A stretch of DNA of 57,477 bases from Prochloraceae cyanobacterium. Lineage in GTDB: Bacteria > Cyanobacteriota > Cyanobacteriia > Cyanobacteriales > JASJDA01. A program made the position numbers and the translations under genes. This document shows positions 10,801-20,577 of the stretch, in pieces. Below the pieces are notes generated by a model. That model worked only from the letters and a program-made list of their open reading frames with translations, was not told the DNA's origin and searched no databases. Within the stretch, counting starts at the first letter, position 1, and every line of letters starts with the position of its first letter. The DNA is taken from the NCBI GenBank assembly GCA_030065265.1, contig JASJCW010000005.1, positions 1 to 57,477 on the forward strand. Direction: 5' to 3'.

Positions 10801-11131
10801 ATTCTTCCAATACACCACTTTTTGCCAATTCTACAGCTACGTTTAAAGCTGTTTGGCCTCCCATAGTCGGTAAAAGTGCTTGAGGACGTTCTTTTTTAAT
10901 TATTTTTGCCACTATTTCCGGTACTAGTGGCTCGATATAAGTGCGATCTGCTGTTTCTGGATCGGTCATAATCGAAGCTGGATTGGAATTAACCAGGACT
11001 ACTTCGTAACCTTCTTCTTTTAAGGCTTTACAGGCTTGAGTTCCAGAATAATCGAATTCGCAAGCTTGTCCGATTACGATCGGGCCAGAACCGAGTAATA
11101 AGATTTTTTTTAAGTCGTTGCGGCGGGGCAT
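7883..11131 (-). CDS. carB: Carbamoyl-phosphate synthase large subunit
   Basis: 1082 aa with two ATP-grasp halves. Both contain [26 protein letters not shown]-type segments. The C-terminal MGS-like allosteric domain is present. Confidence 0.97.
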   Translation of the reverse strand: MPRRNDLKKILLLGSGPIVIGQACEFDYSGTQACKALKEEGYEVVLVNSNPASIMTDPETADRTYIEPLVPEIVAKIIKKERPQALLPTMGGQTALNVAVELAKSGVLEEYGVELIGAKLPAIEKAEDRLLFKEAMNNIGVPVCPSGIANNLKEAKEIAKEIGTYPLIIRPAFTLGGSGGGIAYNQEEYEEIAKYGLDTSPVSQILVEKSLLGWKEYELEVMRDLADNVVIICSIENLDPMGVHTGDSITVAPAQTLTDKEYQRLRDYSIAIIREIGVETGGSNIQFAVNPINGEVIVIEMNPRVSRSSALASKATGFPIAKFAAKLAVGYTLNEIKNDITKKTPASFEPTIDYVVTKVPRFAFEKFPGTKPVLSTAMKSVGEAMAIGRTFCESFQKALRSLEVGRYGFGCDIQEPLPSLAQVRSSLRTPNPERIFSLYHALKLGMSVAEIHELTAIDPWFLDKMQELLETEKFLKRTPLSQINAEQMRFVKQQGYSDRQIAFATKTSEDEVRAYRKGLGILPVYKLVDTCAAEFEAFTPYYYSTYENGESEVTPSDKRKVAILGGGPNRIGQGIEFDYCCCHASFALRDDGFETIMINSNPETVSTDYDTSDRLYFEPLTKEDVLNIIETENPEGIIVQFGGQTPLKLALPLQKYLQKQEDSTVQTRIWGTSPDSIDTAEDRERFEQILRELDIEQPPNGISRSYEESLNIASRIGYPLVVRPSYVLGGRAMEIVYSDRELERYMNEAVKVEPDHPILIDKFLENAIEVDVDALADRDNNVIIGGIMEHIEQAGIHSGDSACSIPHTSLSPTALNTIRQWTVKLANALKVEGLMNIQYAVQGEQVYILEANPRASRTVPYVSKAIGTPLAKVASRVMAGSTLPSLGIEQELIPRHIAVKEAVLPFDKFQGTDTLLGPEMRSTGEVMGIDDDFGKAFAKAELAAGVKLSLSGNVFVSLSDRDKKAAVPVVKELIDLGFKIVATSGTRQALIENGIEDVDLVLKLHEGRPHVIDWIKNNDIQFIINTPTGEESQTDARSIRRTALDFKLPIITTIAGAKATAAAIRSLQSQPLEVKALQEYHS

Positions 11132-11238
11132 AAGTATTTTACTTCACAATGAAGGTGCAAATCATTTTATCTGCTCTTACCCCGCTTCAGTGGTAGTGTT
11201 TTATGTAGGTTTAAGGAGTTGATAATATTTTTGCTGTT

Positions 11239-11514
11239 TCATCTTTGTTTGCATTCCTCTTTTTGCATTGTGAGTTGGGGTGCGAGTAAGGAGTCTGGCA
11301 AGTCCTCTAAAGTTTTATTAACCGCCCGACAAAATGCTTTCATTTGATATACAGTCATAGTGGGTTCGGCTTCTCCTCTCTCCCAACGACTAATAGAAGA
11401 GACTGATACCCCCATAATTCTGACTAAATCTTCCTGAGATAGTCCGGCTGCTAAACGTAATTGTTTAAAAGGAGAATCGGTTTTTTGGAATTCACCTTTC
11501 TTTGGTCTTGCCAT
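11239..11514 (-). CDS. XRE-family helix-turn-helix transcriptional regulator
   Basis: 91 aa. The segment LRLAAGLSQEDLVRIMGVSVSSISRWERGEAEPT is a canonical Cro/C1-type HTH. Confidence 0.8.
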   Translation of the reverse strand: MARPKKGEFQKTDSPFKQLRLAAGLSQEDLVRIMGVSVSSISRWERGEAEPTMTVYQMKAFCRAVNKTLEDLPDSLLAPQLTMQKEECKQR

Positions 11515-11812
11515 ATCTTAAAAAAAAAATGTAAATTAACTAGTTTATTTGATAATGTAGGGAGAAGAACTAAATTTTCCCTAGACTCGTTATCTATATC
11601 CGACTAATCAATATAAGAATTTTGTTCCGTAGTTTTAACCAGACAACAGATCTAGAACATGTCTAGATGCTGTGGTTGAAACCAGCGAAACCCTCTCCCT
11701 CAAATTGATTCAAACCAACAAATCGAACTCATATTCATAATATTAAGTTTTGTAAAGAACGCATAAACAATATAAATAGTTAAGATGGCGATGGCAGATA
11801 AAAGCAAAAAAA

Positions 11813-12208
11813 ATGAATAGAAATATTTATATTGCGATCGCAGCCGTTGTCTTGCTATCTATTGCGGCTAGTTTGTCTGGAGGAGATCCTAAGTTTAGGA
11901 GATCGGTAAACAGTGCGATCGCCGCAGGAAACAATCGAGAAATTAACAGCCAACTGCAGCGATTATTTGAAGAAGAATATGGCTGGGAAAAAGCCAAACA
12001 AGAAGCAAAGGAATACTGTCAGGAATTAGAAGCAGGAAAAACGCGCCAGGAAATATTTGCAGATCGTTTTAAATATCGCGAACTAGATAGTTCGGGAGAG
12101 GAAACAACGGCGCAAAAAGGTGCTTATTTAAAAATGATTAAAATAATTATCTATCACGCGGCTGAAAAGTCCTATTGTCCGCAGGGAACAGGCAATAATA
12201 GGGAATAG
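11813..12208 (+). CDS. Hypothetical protein with N-terminal signal/anchor helix
   Basis: 131-aa ORF with an N-terminal hydrophobic helix (IYIAIAAVVLLSIAASL). The last codons and the TAG stop lie inside the heptamer array. Confidence 0.45.
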   Translation: MNRNIYIAIAAVVLLSIAASLSGGDPKFRRSVNSAIAAGNNREINSQLQRLFEEEYGWEKAKQEAKEYCQELEAGKTRQEIFADRFKYRELDSSGEETTAQKGAYLKMIKIIIYHAAEKSYCPQGTGNNRE

Positions 12209-12341
12209 GGAATAGGGAATAGGGAATAGGGAATAGGGAAGAGGGAACAGGCAACAGGGAATAGGGAAGAAGGAACAGGCAATAGGGAAGAGGGAAGAGG
12301 GAAGAGGCAAGAGGCAAGAAGAGGCAAGAAGGAACAGGCAA
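12184..12341. repeat. Heptanucleotide tandem array (GGGAATA/GGGAAGA/GGCAAGA/GGAACAG variants), part of a MITE-like element in minus orientation extending to about 12432
   Basis: The 7-nt periodicity is directly visible over about 160 nt. The flanking 12360-12432, reverse-complemented, resembles the left module of copy A (AACCAAT..CAAAATA..CAGATCGAT..TTTTTTACCTC). Confidence 0.85.
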
Positions 12342-12467
12342 GAAATTCTTCTGTAGGAGGATTTTTCGAGGTAAAAAAGTAAAATAGGTAACGAAAAAAC
12401 ATCGATCGATCTGATATTTTGATTGGTTAAATAGAGTAAAAATCGCCGGAGGAATATAAAATTCATC

Positions 12468-12734
12468 GTGAGTTGTTCCAAGCAACTGCCAGAAACTACT
12501 GCCTACGTGCGTATTACTCATCAATGTTGGCACGAAGGAACTATTGCCGGAGAAGTAAGCGCGTCTCCCTACGAGTGGCAATTTCAGTGGTGTTTCAAAG
12601 CCAGAAGACTATCAATCGAACCTTCTTTAGGACGTGCTTTAATCGTTGAACCGTTGGGTCGTTTTTTAGAACGCTGGGATTATCAACTCGAACCCGGAGG
12701 CGACTATTCTTTTGTTTTGCGATCGCAGATTTAA
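12468..12734 (+). CDS. Conserved small hypothetical protein (GTG start)
   Basis: 88-aa ORF with non-repetitive, balanced composition (LPETTAYVRITHQCWHEGTIAGEVSA...YQLEPGGDYSFVLRSQI). It reminds me of small cyanobacteria-specific DUF proteins, but I cannot verify the family. Confidence 0.5.
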   Translation: MSCSKQLPETTAYVRITHQCWHEGTIAGEVSASPYEWQFQWCFKARRLSIEPSLGRALIVEPLGRFLERWDYQLEPGGDYSFVLRSQI

Positions 12735-13141
12735 AAGGGTTGATTATTCTTAGAACTCAAATATCTTTCGATTAGAATAATGGCAACAATATCGTCAACG
12801 GGCCGAGGTGGAACTCTCATACCTCGAGGAATTAATTTAGTTAATCCAGTTGGGGGATAAATGTGCCAATAGCGATCGCGGGCTTCTAAGGTACTATTAT
12901 GCTCGTCTACCATAATAATATCGGTATCTCGATCTAGATTTTCTTTAAGTTGAGATTGCCAGATTTTAGAGGTAGTCCGATCGCCCATTACTAATTTTTC
13001 AATTGAATAATCTTTAAATAATTTTTGAATTGTAGCGATTGCAACTTTTGAATCGACTATTTGATGATAGTAAATTTGATAATTGTCACCTACTACTGCC
13101 AAACCGCATTTATCTCTACCGGGATCGAAACCTAAAATCAT
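12731..13141 (-). CDS. RNase H-fold YqgF/RuvX-like putative Holliday-junction resolvase / pre-16S rRNA nuclease
   Basis: The N-terminus MILGFDPGRDKCGLAVV matches the YqgF/RuvC-like first catalytic Asp motif. The start is set at the internal ATG 13141, just after the upstream gene's stop at 13152. The ORF-track start at 13189 would overlap that gene. Confidence 0.6.
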   Translation of the reverse strand: MILGFDPGRDKCGLAVVGDNYQIYYHQIVDSKVAIATIQKLFKDYSIEKLVMGDRTTSKIWQSQLKENLDRDTDIIMVDEHNSTLEARDRYWHIYPPTGLTKLIPRGMRVPPRPVDDIVAIILIERYLSSKNNQPF

Positions 13142-13151
13142 TTCAAAAAGT

Positions 13152-14552
13152 TTAAGTACCAAAAAGTATTTCTCCATTGCGAAGGGCAATGAGACGCAAT
13201 CTTAAAGGCCCTGCAGCAAAAGTTTCTTCAATAGCGATCGCCTTAATTGCGGTTGGGGTAGTTTCGGAGTTTTTTAACTGCTCGAAGAAATTAAATAGAG
13301 CTGCAAAATTACCATCTTCAACTTCGACTTCTCCTAGGATACCAGAGCGGCGAGCGCGCAAACGAGAAATGGTCAAAAGTAAATCGATACTTTGTCTGAT
13401 TCCTTCAGCGTGAAGGTTTTTTGATTCTAAAGTTACGCTAGCAATAGTTTGTTGTGCTGCAAATATTTTCCGATTGGGGACAACATCGGCAATTACTCTA
13501 ATTTCTCTTTCTCCTTCAACATAATTGCCTTCGCTAATAATTCTGATCACGTATTCTTGACCGTCGCGAACTTGTTTGACTATATCTTGAATTCGCTGGC
13601 GATCGATAATAATTATTTTTCGCTTTATTTTGCTATTTTTCTCTAATTCTGCTGGATTTATCGCTTGAATTGCTGTTAAGTTAGCCCGATCGAGAATGCG
13701 ATCGATGACTTTATTGGTATTTTTAGGATCGCTAATATTAACAGTTGCAAAAGCTAAAATTTGACCGCGAAACAGAGCAATAGTTTTCTCTCTAAAATTT
13801 TGATAGTATTGCTCTAATTGTTGATTTAAAAAAGTAAATTGTCTTTCTATTTGTTTTAATTTAATTTCTCGCAGGCGTAAAATGCGATCGCGATCGTCAA
13901 TTTGGGCTTGCAAGCGGCTTTGTTGTCGTTCTAAATTAACTAAAAGTGCTTCTTTGTCTTTAATAACGCGATCTTGCTCTGTAATTTTTGCTTCGCTAGT
14001 AACTAGAAGTTGGTTTTGACGATCTATTTCTTGCTTTAGTTCGGTAATTTGTTGTTTTAAATTTTTTCTCTGTTGGGATAATTGTTGTTTTTCGGCCAGA
14101 AGAGAACTGACTTCTGCACGCAAATTATTAGCTTGGAAAGAGACATTTGTCAGTTGTTCTTTGGCTAATTTAAAATTTTGATTGGTGAGAGCCAGATTTT
14201 GTTCGATCGCTTTTTTTTGATTTTTCGCCTGTTGCAGTTCTAATTCTACTTTTTGTTTTTGCAGGTTAGTCTCTTCGAGATCGGCTCGAGTATTTTTAAG
14301 TCTTGTCAAGATCGTGTCTAATTCAAAAATCCCTTGACGCAAAGATTTATTTAAAGTGAAAAGAACTCCCAGGGTAAAAGCAGAGATTGAAAATCCTGTC
14401 ATTACAGTAATTAACATTGCAGTGCGACGAGGACGGAGGTTAAATAGTCTCAACCTTGCTTTTCCGACTTTGCTCCCTAAAATATCTCCTAATATAGCAA
14501 TCAATCCTCCCAATAAAAGGATTGCGGCGATTAAGATATAAGCATTAATCAC
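13152..14552 (-). CDS. Membrane-anchored coiled-coil protein (recalls the cyanobacterial DUF3084 family)
   Basis: 466 aa with two N-terminal TM helices. A Q/K/E/L-rich coiled coil of about 200 aa follows (LQKQKVELELQQAKNQKKAIEQNL...), then a globular C-terminal domain. Confidence 0.6.
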   Translation of the reverse strand: MINAYILIAAILLLGGLIAILGDILGSKVGKARLRLFNLRPRRTAMLITVMTGFSISAFTLGVLFTLNKSLRQGIFELDTILTRLKNTRADLEETNLQKQKVELELQQAKNQKKAIEQNLALTNQNFKLAKEQLTNVSFQANNLRAEVSSLLAEKQQLSQQRKNLKQQITELKQEIDRQNQLLVTSEAKITEQDRVIKDKEALLVNLERQQSRLQAQIDDRDRILRLREIKLKQIERQFTFLNQQLEQYYQNFREKTIALFRGQILAFATVNISDPKNTNKVIDRILDRANLTAIQAINPAELEKNSKIKRKIIIIDRQRIQDIVKQVRDGQEYVIRIISEGNYVEGEREIRVIADVVPNRKIFAAQQTIASVTLESKNLHAEGIRQSIDLLLTISRLRARRSGILGEVEVEDGNFAALFNFFEQLKNSETTPTAIKAIAIEETFAAGPLRLRLIALRNGEILFGT

Positions 14553-14754
14553 GTCCCTTAGCTCCGAAAAAAAATTTACTATTCAAATTCCGAGATCGAG
14601 ATAATTCCGGGAAATTTGACAGATCGATCGAGTCGAAACCAAGGGTTTGACTCTCAAAATCGAAGCATGAGGAATCACCAAGAGGCGATCGATGTCTCTG
14701 TTACACTGATGGTATCTCAGCTTGAATGAATTCCCATCTATTTTGACCATTTTT

Positions 14755-15444
14755 TTAAGTAAATTGCTGAGAAAAAGCGACTGGGTTGTGAACGGTGATT
14801 TTTTTCTTGTGAATTGAGATAGTTTCTTTAGCTCTCAATTCTCCTAACAAACGGGTTACGGTAACTCTGGTCGAGCCAATAGCTTCGGCGATCGCTTGAT
14901 GGGATAGTTTAAGATCGATTCTAATCCCATCTGATGTCGGTACGCCAAAGTCGCGACATAAAATTAACAAAAAACTAACTAATCTCGAACCCATATCGCG
15001 ATGAGCTAATGTTTCGATCATCATCTCTGTTTGTAAGATCCGAGACGAGAGTCCTTGTAACATTAACATTGATAGTTCTGGATTATCCTGCAATGCTTTT
15101 TGGACGCGATCGATTGGAGCTGAGAGTAATTCTACTGTGGTAAATGCTACTGCATGATAAAAGCGATCGCTTCTTTGCCCGGTTATTAAAGACAGTACCC
15201 CAAAAACGCTATTTTCTCTCAACAGGGATACGGTGATCTCTTCTCCTGCTTCATAGACTCTCGATAGTTTAACTGCGCCTTTTAATAAAAAATATACTCG
15301 TTCTGCGGGATCTCCAGGGAAAAAAATTGTTTTACCCCGCTCGAAATTTTCGACGACTGGAGGGAAGCCATCACTCCCTATTTTCCGAAAAACAGATGCT
15401 AAAGATCGATCTTCTTGAGTTACTGACAGTTTCATTACGTTCAC
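14755..15444 (-). CDS. ntcA: Global nitrogen regulator NtcA (CRP/FNR family)
   Basis: Long stretches are characteristic of NtcA: [70 protein letters not shown] and [22 protein letters not shown]. The start could instead be the ATG 9 nt downstream. Confidence 0.95.
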   Translation of the reverse strand: MNVMKLSVTQEDRSLASVFRKIGSDGFPPVVENFERGKTIFFPGDPAERVYFLLKGAVKLSRVYEAGEEITVSLLRENSVFGVLSLITGQRSDRFYHAVAFTTVELLSAPIDRVQKALQDNPELSMLMLQGLSSRILQTEMMIETLAHRDMGSRLVSFLLILCRDFGVPTSDGIRIDLKLSHQAIAEAIGSTRVTVTRLLGELRAKETISIHKKKITVHNPVAFSQQFT

Positions 15445-16008
15445 TATGATTTAAAAAATTTACCTTATTTTGAGTTTTATTTTAGTTTGATTGAAATTTT
15501 TTAGTTTTTTTTATTTTTAGAGACTTTTTTTTAAAGTAACAATAACATTAAAGTTTGGCGTTGATTTAAAGATTAATTAAAAGTTTTTAAATTAGTCTAT
15601 TTAAACATATGTCTGGAGAAATAGGATACTTTAAGCTTCAGGCTTTATTAGTCAGAGATCGATCGCGATCGAAATCAACCTACTACCTCTCGAGACAAAT
15701 AGCGATTGTTTTCCTGCAGATTAATCCCACATAATGATATGATGCTTTCTTGGCGAGGGGAGTGCCTGTCGCTGAAGAGACATTCTTGAAAACGTCTGTA
15801 TCTCTTCGGCAGTCGGCTAAACCGTTGAAGTGGAGGCTAAGCTCATTTTTTTCTCAGCTCTAAGAAAAAATACTAATAATCATAGTATAGAGTTTAGCTC
15901 GAGCGAAGCATTTGGAGGAAATTTTACCTCTATTTTTTGCGATCGCCAGGTATATATACTTAGACTTCAAAAGTTATTGTAACAGTTGAATAATATCATC
16001 ACAATAGT

Positions 16009-16785
16009 ATGTTAGATTTAGCAGGAAAAAATGCTCTCGTAACTGGAATTGCCAACAATCGTTCGATCGCCTGGGGAATCGCTCAACAGTTGCACAAAGC
16101 TGGAGCAAATTTAGGGGTTACCTATTTACCAGATGAAAAGGGGCGTTTTGAGAAAAAAGTTAGAGAGTTGACAGAACCTCTCAATCCGAGTGTTTTTCTG
16201 CCTTGTAACGTTCAAAATGACGAGCAGATTGAGGAAACTTTTCAGGCAATTGGAGAAAAATGGGGCAAACTCGATATATTAATTCATTGTTTGGCTTTCG
16301 CTAATCGAGAAGATCTCACTGGAGAGTTTGTTGACGTATCGCGCTCGGGTTTTGCTACAGCTTTGGATATAAGCACCTATTCTTTGGCTCGTTTAGCTAG
16401 AGCCGCAAAGCCTTTAATGACAGAAGGAGGTAGTATCGTTACTCTAACTTATTTGGGTGGAGTTAAAGTAATTCCTAACTACAATGTCATGGGAATAGCT
16501 AAATCTGGTTTGGAGATGAGCGTTCGTTATCTGGCTTCAGATTTAGGCCCGAGCAACATTCGGGTTAACGGAATCTCGGCCGGGCCGATTCGGACTTTAG
16601 CCTCTTCTGCGGTTGGGGGAATCTTGGATATGATTCGCCACGTTGAGGAAATTGCTCCTTTAAGACGTACTGTCACCCAAAATGAAGTTGGCAATACTGC
16701 GGCGTTTTTATGCAGCGATCTCGCTAGTGGAATCACCGGACAGATCGTTTATGTCGATGCTGGATATGAAATTATGGGAATGTAG
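16009..16785 (+). CDS. fabI: Enoyl-[acyl-carrier-protein] reductase (NADH), FabI
   Basis: 258 aa. The N-terminus is GKNALVTGIANNRSIAWGIA, and the SDR-type Y-x6-K region is NVMGIAKSGLE. The segment RVNGISAGPIRTLA is typical of FabI. Confidence 0.93.
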   Translation: MLDLAGKNALVTGIANNRSIAWGIAQQLHKAGANLGVTYLPDEKGRFEKKVRELTEPLNPSVFLPCNVQNDEQIEETFQAIGEKWGKLDILIHCLAFANREDLTGEFVDVSRSGFATALDISTYSLARLARAAKPLMTEGGSIVTLTYLGGVKVIPNYNVMGIAKSGLEMSVRYLASDLGPSNIRVNGISAGPIRTLASSAVGGILDMIRHVEEIAPLRRTVTQNEVGNTAAFLCSDLASGITGQIVYVDAGYEIMGM

Positions 16786-16911
16786 CGAGGATCGCGACCA
16801 GGAGCAGAACTAGCATTTTACTTGAAAATAAATCGACTAGTTCTAAACTAAAAATAATTGACCCCTGACTTCTTAAAAGAGGGGAATAATAGATAGTCGC
16901 TCGGAAAAAGT

Positions 16912-17550
16912 ATGCAAATTGGTGAAAATACTGGGGAAAAATCGCATAATATCGCTTTGTTTCCCCGCACTGCTTCAATACAAAGAACGACGGGAGAAAC
17001 CGATGTTCGAGTCTCTCTCAATTTAGATGGTAGCGGAGAATGCAAAGCTGAAACTGGAATTCCTTTTCTAGATCATATGTTGCATCAGATTTCTGCTCAC
17101 GGTTTAATCGATTTAGAAGTCAAAGCGGTCGGAGATATTGAAATTGATGACCATCATACTAACGAAGATGTAGGAATTACTCTCGGTCAAGCACTAGCAA
17201 AAGCTTTAGGCGATCGCGCTGGGATCGCTCGTTTCGGTCATTTTATCGCTCCTCTGGACGAGGCTTTAATTCAAGTTGCCCTAGATTTTTCAGGCCGCCC
17301 CCATTTAAGCTACGGTCTAGAAATACCAACCCAAAGAGTGGGTAGTTACGATACTCAATTAGTCAGAGAATTTTTTGTGGCGATCGTAAATCACGCTCAA
17401 CTGACTTTGCATATTCGTCAATTGGACGGGATCAACTCCCACCATATCATCGAGGCAACTTTTAAAGCTTTTGCTCGTTCTTTGCGAATGGCAACTGAGG
17501 TCGATCCCCGTCGCGCTGCGAAAATTCCTAGCTCGAAGGGCGTGCTTTAA
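16912..17550 (+). CDS. hisB: Imidazoleglycerol-phosphate dehydratase
   Basis: The motifs [36 protein letters not shown] and [13 protein letters not shown] are the conserved metal-binding His clusters of IGPD. Confidence 0.95.
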   Translation: MQIGENTGEKSHNIALFPRTASIQRTTGETDVRVSLNLDGSGECKAETGIPFLDHMLHQISAHGLIDLEVKAVGDIEIDDHHTNEDVGITLGQALAKALGDRAGIARFGHFIAPLDEALIQVALDFSGRPHLSYGLEIPTQRVGSYDTQLVREFFVAIVNHAQLTLHIRQLDGINSHHIIEATFKAFARSLRMATEVDPRRAAKIPSSKGVL

Positions 17551-18007
17551 ACTTCTCGATTAAGTATTCGTAGGGTATCCCCATATTTTGAATCGAAAGA
17601 TCGAGACAATTTCCAGCCGCAGCATCGGCAACTGTATTTCTTTGACGGGGAATCCAATACATTTGCCAAGTTTCAAAATAAGCTAACAGCGATCGCGATT
17701 CTTTTAATAAAGGTTTAAGATTTGTGGCTAAGGTACGCCAAACTAAATTTACTTGATTGACGATTAAAAGACTATCGCCGAAAACTAGAATCTGTTTTAT
17801 TTCTAATTCTTTGGCTTTTTTTAATCCTGCGATTAATCCAGCATATTCGGCTTCGTTGCTAGTTCCCCAATCTAAAAACTGAGTAACCACAATATCTTCG
17901 ACAGCATTGCCGGGTCTTTTTATTATTGCAGCTCCGGCAGCAAAACCAGGATTAGTCGGTTTAACAGATCCGTCGAACCAAATACGGGTATGATTGTCAA
18001 AATTCAT
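17528..18007 (-). CDS. RNase H (RNase HI / RVT_3-like) domain protein
   Basis: [11 protein letters not shown]...[15 protein letters not shown]...[11 protein letters not shown]...NTVADAAA carries the D-E-D-D carboxylate pattern of RNase H. The start is set at the ATG at 18007. The 3' end overlaps the hisB 3' end by 23 nt (convergent). Confidence 0.7.
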   Translation of the reverse strand: MNFDNHTRIWFDGSVKPTNPGFAAGAAIIKRPGNAVEDIVVTQFLDWGTSNEAEYAGLIAGLKKAKELEIKQILVFGDSLLIVNQVNLVWRTLATNLKPLLKESRSLLAYFETWQMYWIPRQRNTVADAAAGNCLDLSIQNMGIPYEYLIEKFKARPSS

Positions 18008-18126
18008 CGATCGCTTTGCAAAAAGAGAGTAACGAGTAAAGAGTTTGAGAGCGAAAATTGTTTCAAAAATTTTCAAACAACAGAACAAAAAGAAGGTTCG
18101 TACTTGTTACTCAGACTTCATTGCAA

Positions 18127-18807
18127 TTAAGATACCTTACTTAAGCGACCATCTTCGATATGTACGATGCGATCGGCAATATCTAAAATACGATTATCGT
18201 GGGTTACCAATAAAACGGTACAACCATCTTCTTTGGCTAAACGCTGCATAATTTCAACTACATCCCTTCCCGATTTACTATCTAATGAGGAGGTGGGTTC
18301 GTCTGCTAAAACTAATTTAGGATGGCTGACTAAAGCTCGAGCGATCGCAACTCTTTGTTTTTGTCCTCCAGAAAGGTTATCGGGATAATATTCAGCGCGA
18401 TCGCCCATACCGACGGCTTTTAAAATATTTAAAGCAAGGGAATAATAATCTTGTTTGGCAATACTTTTGTGTAATTTGAGAGACATACTCACATTTTCCC
18501 AAGCTGTAAAACATTTAAGCAAATTATGGGATTGAAAGATAAAACCAATTTGGTTGCGAACTTCTATTTGTTGCTCTTTTTTTGCTCCTAATAATTCGCG
18601 CTCGAAGATTTTCAAACTGCCTTGTTGCACCGATCGCAACGCACCAATTAAAGTAAGTAAAGTGGTTTTTCCGCTTCCTGAAGGGCCTTCTAAAATGACT
18701 ATTTCACCGGGATGAAGATCTAAGTTAATCTCTTCGAGAACTGTTTTTTTTAAAGAGTCTTTGCCAAAAGTATGGGATAAATTTTTAATTGAAACGATCG
18801 CCTTCAT
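18127..18807 (-). CDS. devA: DevA-family ABC exporter ATP-binding subunit
   Basis: Walker A is GPSGSGKTT, the signature is LSGGQKQRVAIARAL and Walker B is LVLADEPT. Its operon context follows DevB- and DevC-like genes. Confidence 0.85.
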   Translation of the reverse strand: MKAIVSIKNLSHTFGKDSLKKTVLEEINLDLHPGEIVILEGPSGSGKTTLLTLIGALRSVQQGSLKIFERELLGAKKEQQIEVRNQIGFIFQSHNLLKCFTAWENVSMSLKLHKSIAKQDYYSLALNILKAVGMGDRAEYYPDNLSGGQKQRVAIARALVSHPKLVLADEPTSSLDSKSGRDVVEIMQRLAKEDGCTVLLVTHDNRILDIADRIVHIEDGRLSKVS

Positions 18808-18859
18808 TATTAACTACTAATAAACAATTCTTCTGACTTATTTCTTGAAGCAAAGGAAG

Positions 18860-20083
18860 TTAAAATACATCAGCAGGATCGGCCGAACGGAGTTTGTTGC
18901 TGGCGATCGCTCCTGAAATAGCGCACATTATTAGGGTAAGCATGAATATTTGCAAAGCGACGCTAGCGCGCATCACTAAGGGGATTTTCGTCACTCCAGC
19001 TAAAAGTCCATAAACACCATAAGAAGCAATAAAACCAGGTATAAAGCCTAAAATAGCTAAGATAGTTGCTTCGGTGAGGATTACTCTTAATAAAGCGCGA
19101 TCGGAATAACCCATTGCTTTGAGGGTGGCATATTCTGGTAAATGGTCGCTAACATCGGCATAAAGCACTTGATAGACGATTATTATTCCCACAACAAAAC
19201 CGACTAAAGCACCAAAATTAAGAATTTTTCCTGAAGGAAATGAAGCGCGAAAATCTTGTTCGGCTTTAATTAACTCTGCTTTGGTAAGTATTTTGACATC
19301 TTTTGATAATCTTTGTTTGAGTCTTTCTCGTACTGTTTCTAAGTCGGCATTTGGTTCGATTTTAATCACACCAACGGACACTTTTTGAAGGGAATTATTG
19401 CCTTTCCAAGTCATATAATTCCAATCGCTCATAATTACGTGTCCCGAATCAAAAAAGGTGCTACCCAAACTAAAAAGACTGACTACAGTAGTTCCTTTTC
19501 GATCCATTACTGTAAATACTTTACCTTCTTTTTCATATAGTTCTTGAATCGGGCCTAGTTTTGGTTGAGAAAGGCGATCGAAAAATACTCCTCCAGGTAC
19601 TTTTAAAAGATCCGCTTGCTGGTTGACTTCTGGCAGGTTTAAGATCGGTTCGACGGGATTGTAAGCTATTACTTTAACTCTGTTAGCCTCAACCCGCTCT
19701 TTTTGAGATTTATTGAGATCTTCTGGGTTAACCCAAGTAGCGCGATTAATATAAAGTGGATTTGCAGAAGATACTCCTGCTACTGCTGCTGCTTGATAGA
19801 TAAAGATGCGCGGAAAAGTACCGAATTCAATTGTTTGAGAATAAGCAGGCATTATAAATAATTCCCCTTGCAAGTTTTCGGGAATTAAAGTTACTCCATC
19901 GAATAATAATGCTCTTATTCCTAGCTGAGTAAAAATCAAAATATTAGAAAATGCCACACCAGTTAATGCAACTGCTAAACGAACTTTATTATGGGATAAT
20001 TGCGCCCAAGCTAAGGGTTTGCTGCTTTTGATTTTTTTACTTAAATTATTAACTATTTTGGGCTTAATTAAATTAACTCTCAT
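18860..20083 (-). CDS. devC: DevC-family ABC exporter permease (FtsX/MacB-like)
   Basis: 407 aa with an N-terminal TM helix and a large periplasmic domain. The C-terminal FtsX-like 3-TM bundle ends ...NKLRSADPADVF. Confidence 0.8.
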   Translation of the reverse strand: MRVNLIKPKIVNNLSKKIKSSKPLAWAQLSHNKVRLAVALTGVAFSNILIFTQLGIRALLFDGVTLIPENLQGELFIMPAYSQTIEFGTFPRIFIYQAAAVAGVSSANPLYINRATWVNPEDLNKSQKERVEANRVKVIAYNPVEPILNLPEVNQQADLLKVPGGVFFDRLSQPKLGPIQELYEKEGKVFTVMDRKGTTVVSLFSLGSTFFDSGHVIMSDWNYMTWKGNNSLQKVSVGVIKIEPNADLETVRERLKQRLSKDVKILTKAELIKAEQDFRASFPSGKILNFGALVGFVVGIIIVYQVLYADVSDHLPEYATLKAMGYSDRALLRVILTEATILAILGFIPGFIASYGVYGLLAGVTKIPLVMRASVALQIFMLTLIMCAISGAIASNKLRSADPADVF

Positions 20084-20574
20084 AATTTTTTCTCCATAAA
20101 TACGGTACTATCGATAAATCCATTACCGTCCCTAGGAAAATACCTGGTAATGTTATAAAATCCAAGTTTTTGATAAAAATTAATCGCTCTTGCTTGTTTG
20201 TCTGAACTAAAAACATCGAGACGAACTCTTTTATAATTAGCTTTTCTAGCAAACTTAAATAATAAAAAGCTCATTTGTTCGGCATATCCTCGACCGCGAT
20301 ATTCTTTTAAAAACCACATCCTTTTTAATTCACAAATAGAGCGATCGAATCGTTTAATTCCCCCACTACCGATAACTTTGTTGCGATCGCAAACTACTAA
20401 AAAAATACCTGAATTGCGAAAATAATTACTTTCTATTGCATCTAAATCTGCAAGATCGTCATAATGTTGAATTACTTCTTCCTTAGTAACTTGAAAAATC
20501 TCTTGACAAACTTTCCAAATTAGCTGTTTGACTTCAGGAATTTGATGAGTTTTAACCGGTTTAATTTCTATCAT
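20080..20574 (-). CDS. GNAT family N-acetyltransferase embedded in the devBCA operon
   Basis: 164 aa with the acetyl-CoA motif YRGRGYAEQM and the ending NFYQKLGF. Its stop overlaps the devC start (ATGA, 20080-20083). Its start lies 3 nt after the devB stop. Confidence 0.8.
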   Translation of the reverse strand: MIEIKPVKTHQIPEVKQLIWKVCQEIFQVTKEEVIQHYDDLADLDAIESNYFRNSGIFLVVCDRNKVIGSGGIKRFDRSICELKRMWFLKEYRGRGYAEQMSFLLFKFARKANYKRVRLDVFSSDKQARAINFYQKLGFYNITRYFPRDGNGFIDSTVFMEKKL

Positions 20575-20577
20575 TTA

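Noticed and set aside
11660-11690. Small palindrome ATCTAGA-ACATG-TCTAGAT upstream of ORF 11813 / the divergent XRE gene, as a possible operator
   Set aside because: It is a single short hairpin built on the self-complementary TCTAGA. It lies about 150 nt from either start and has no second half-site or repeat to support it.
12128-12581. Three overlapping minus-strand ORFs (76-144 aa) across the heptamer array
   Set aside because: Their translations are periodic (PLPSSLFPIPYSLFP...) simply because the 7-nt repeat keeps all frames open. They have no start context and overlap each other.
15445-16008. Search for NtcA boxes (GTA-N8-TAC) in the ntcA upstream region and upstream of the sigma factor
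   Set aside because: I found no exact GTA-N8-TAC by eye. I therefore make no claim of autoregulation or NtcA control.
16772-17045. Two minus-strand ORFs (65-68 aa) across the fabI-hisB spacer and the hisB start
   Set aside because: They overlap the well-supported hisB N-terminus and the fabI stop. They show no motifs or RBS.
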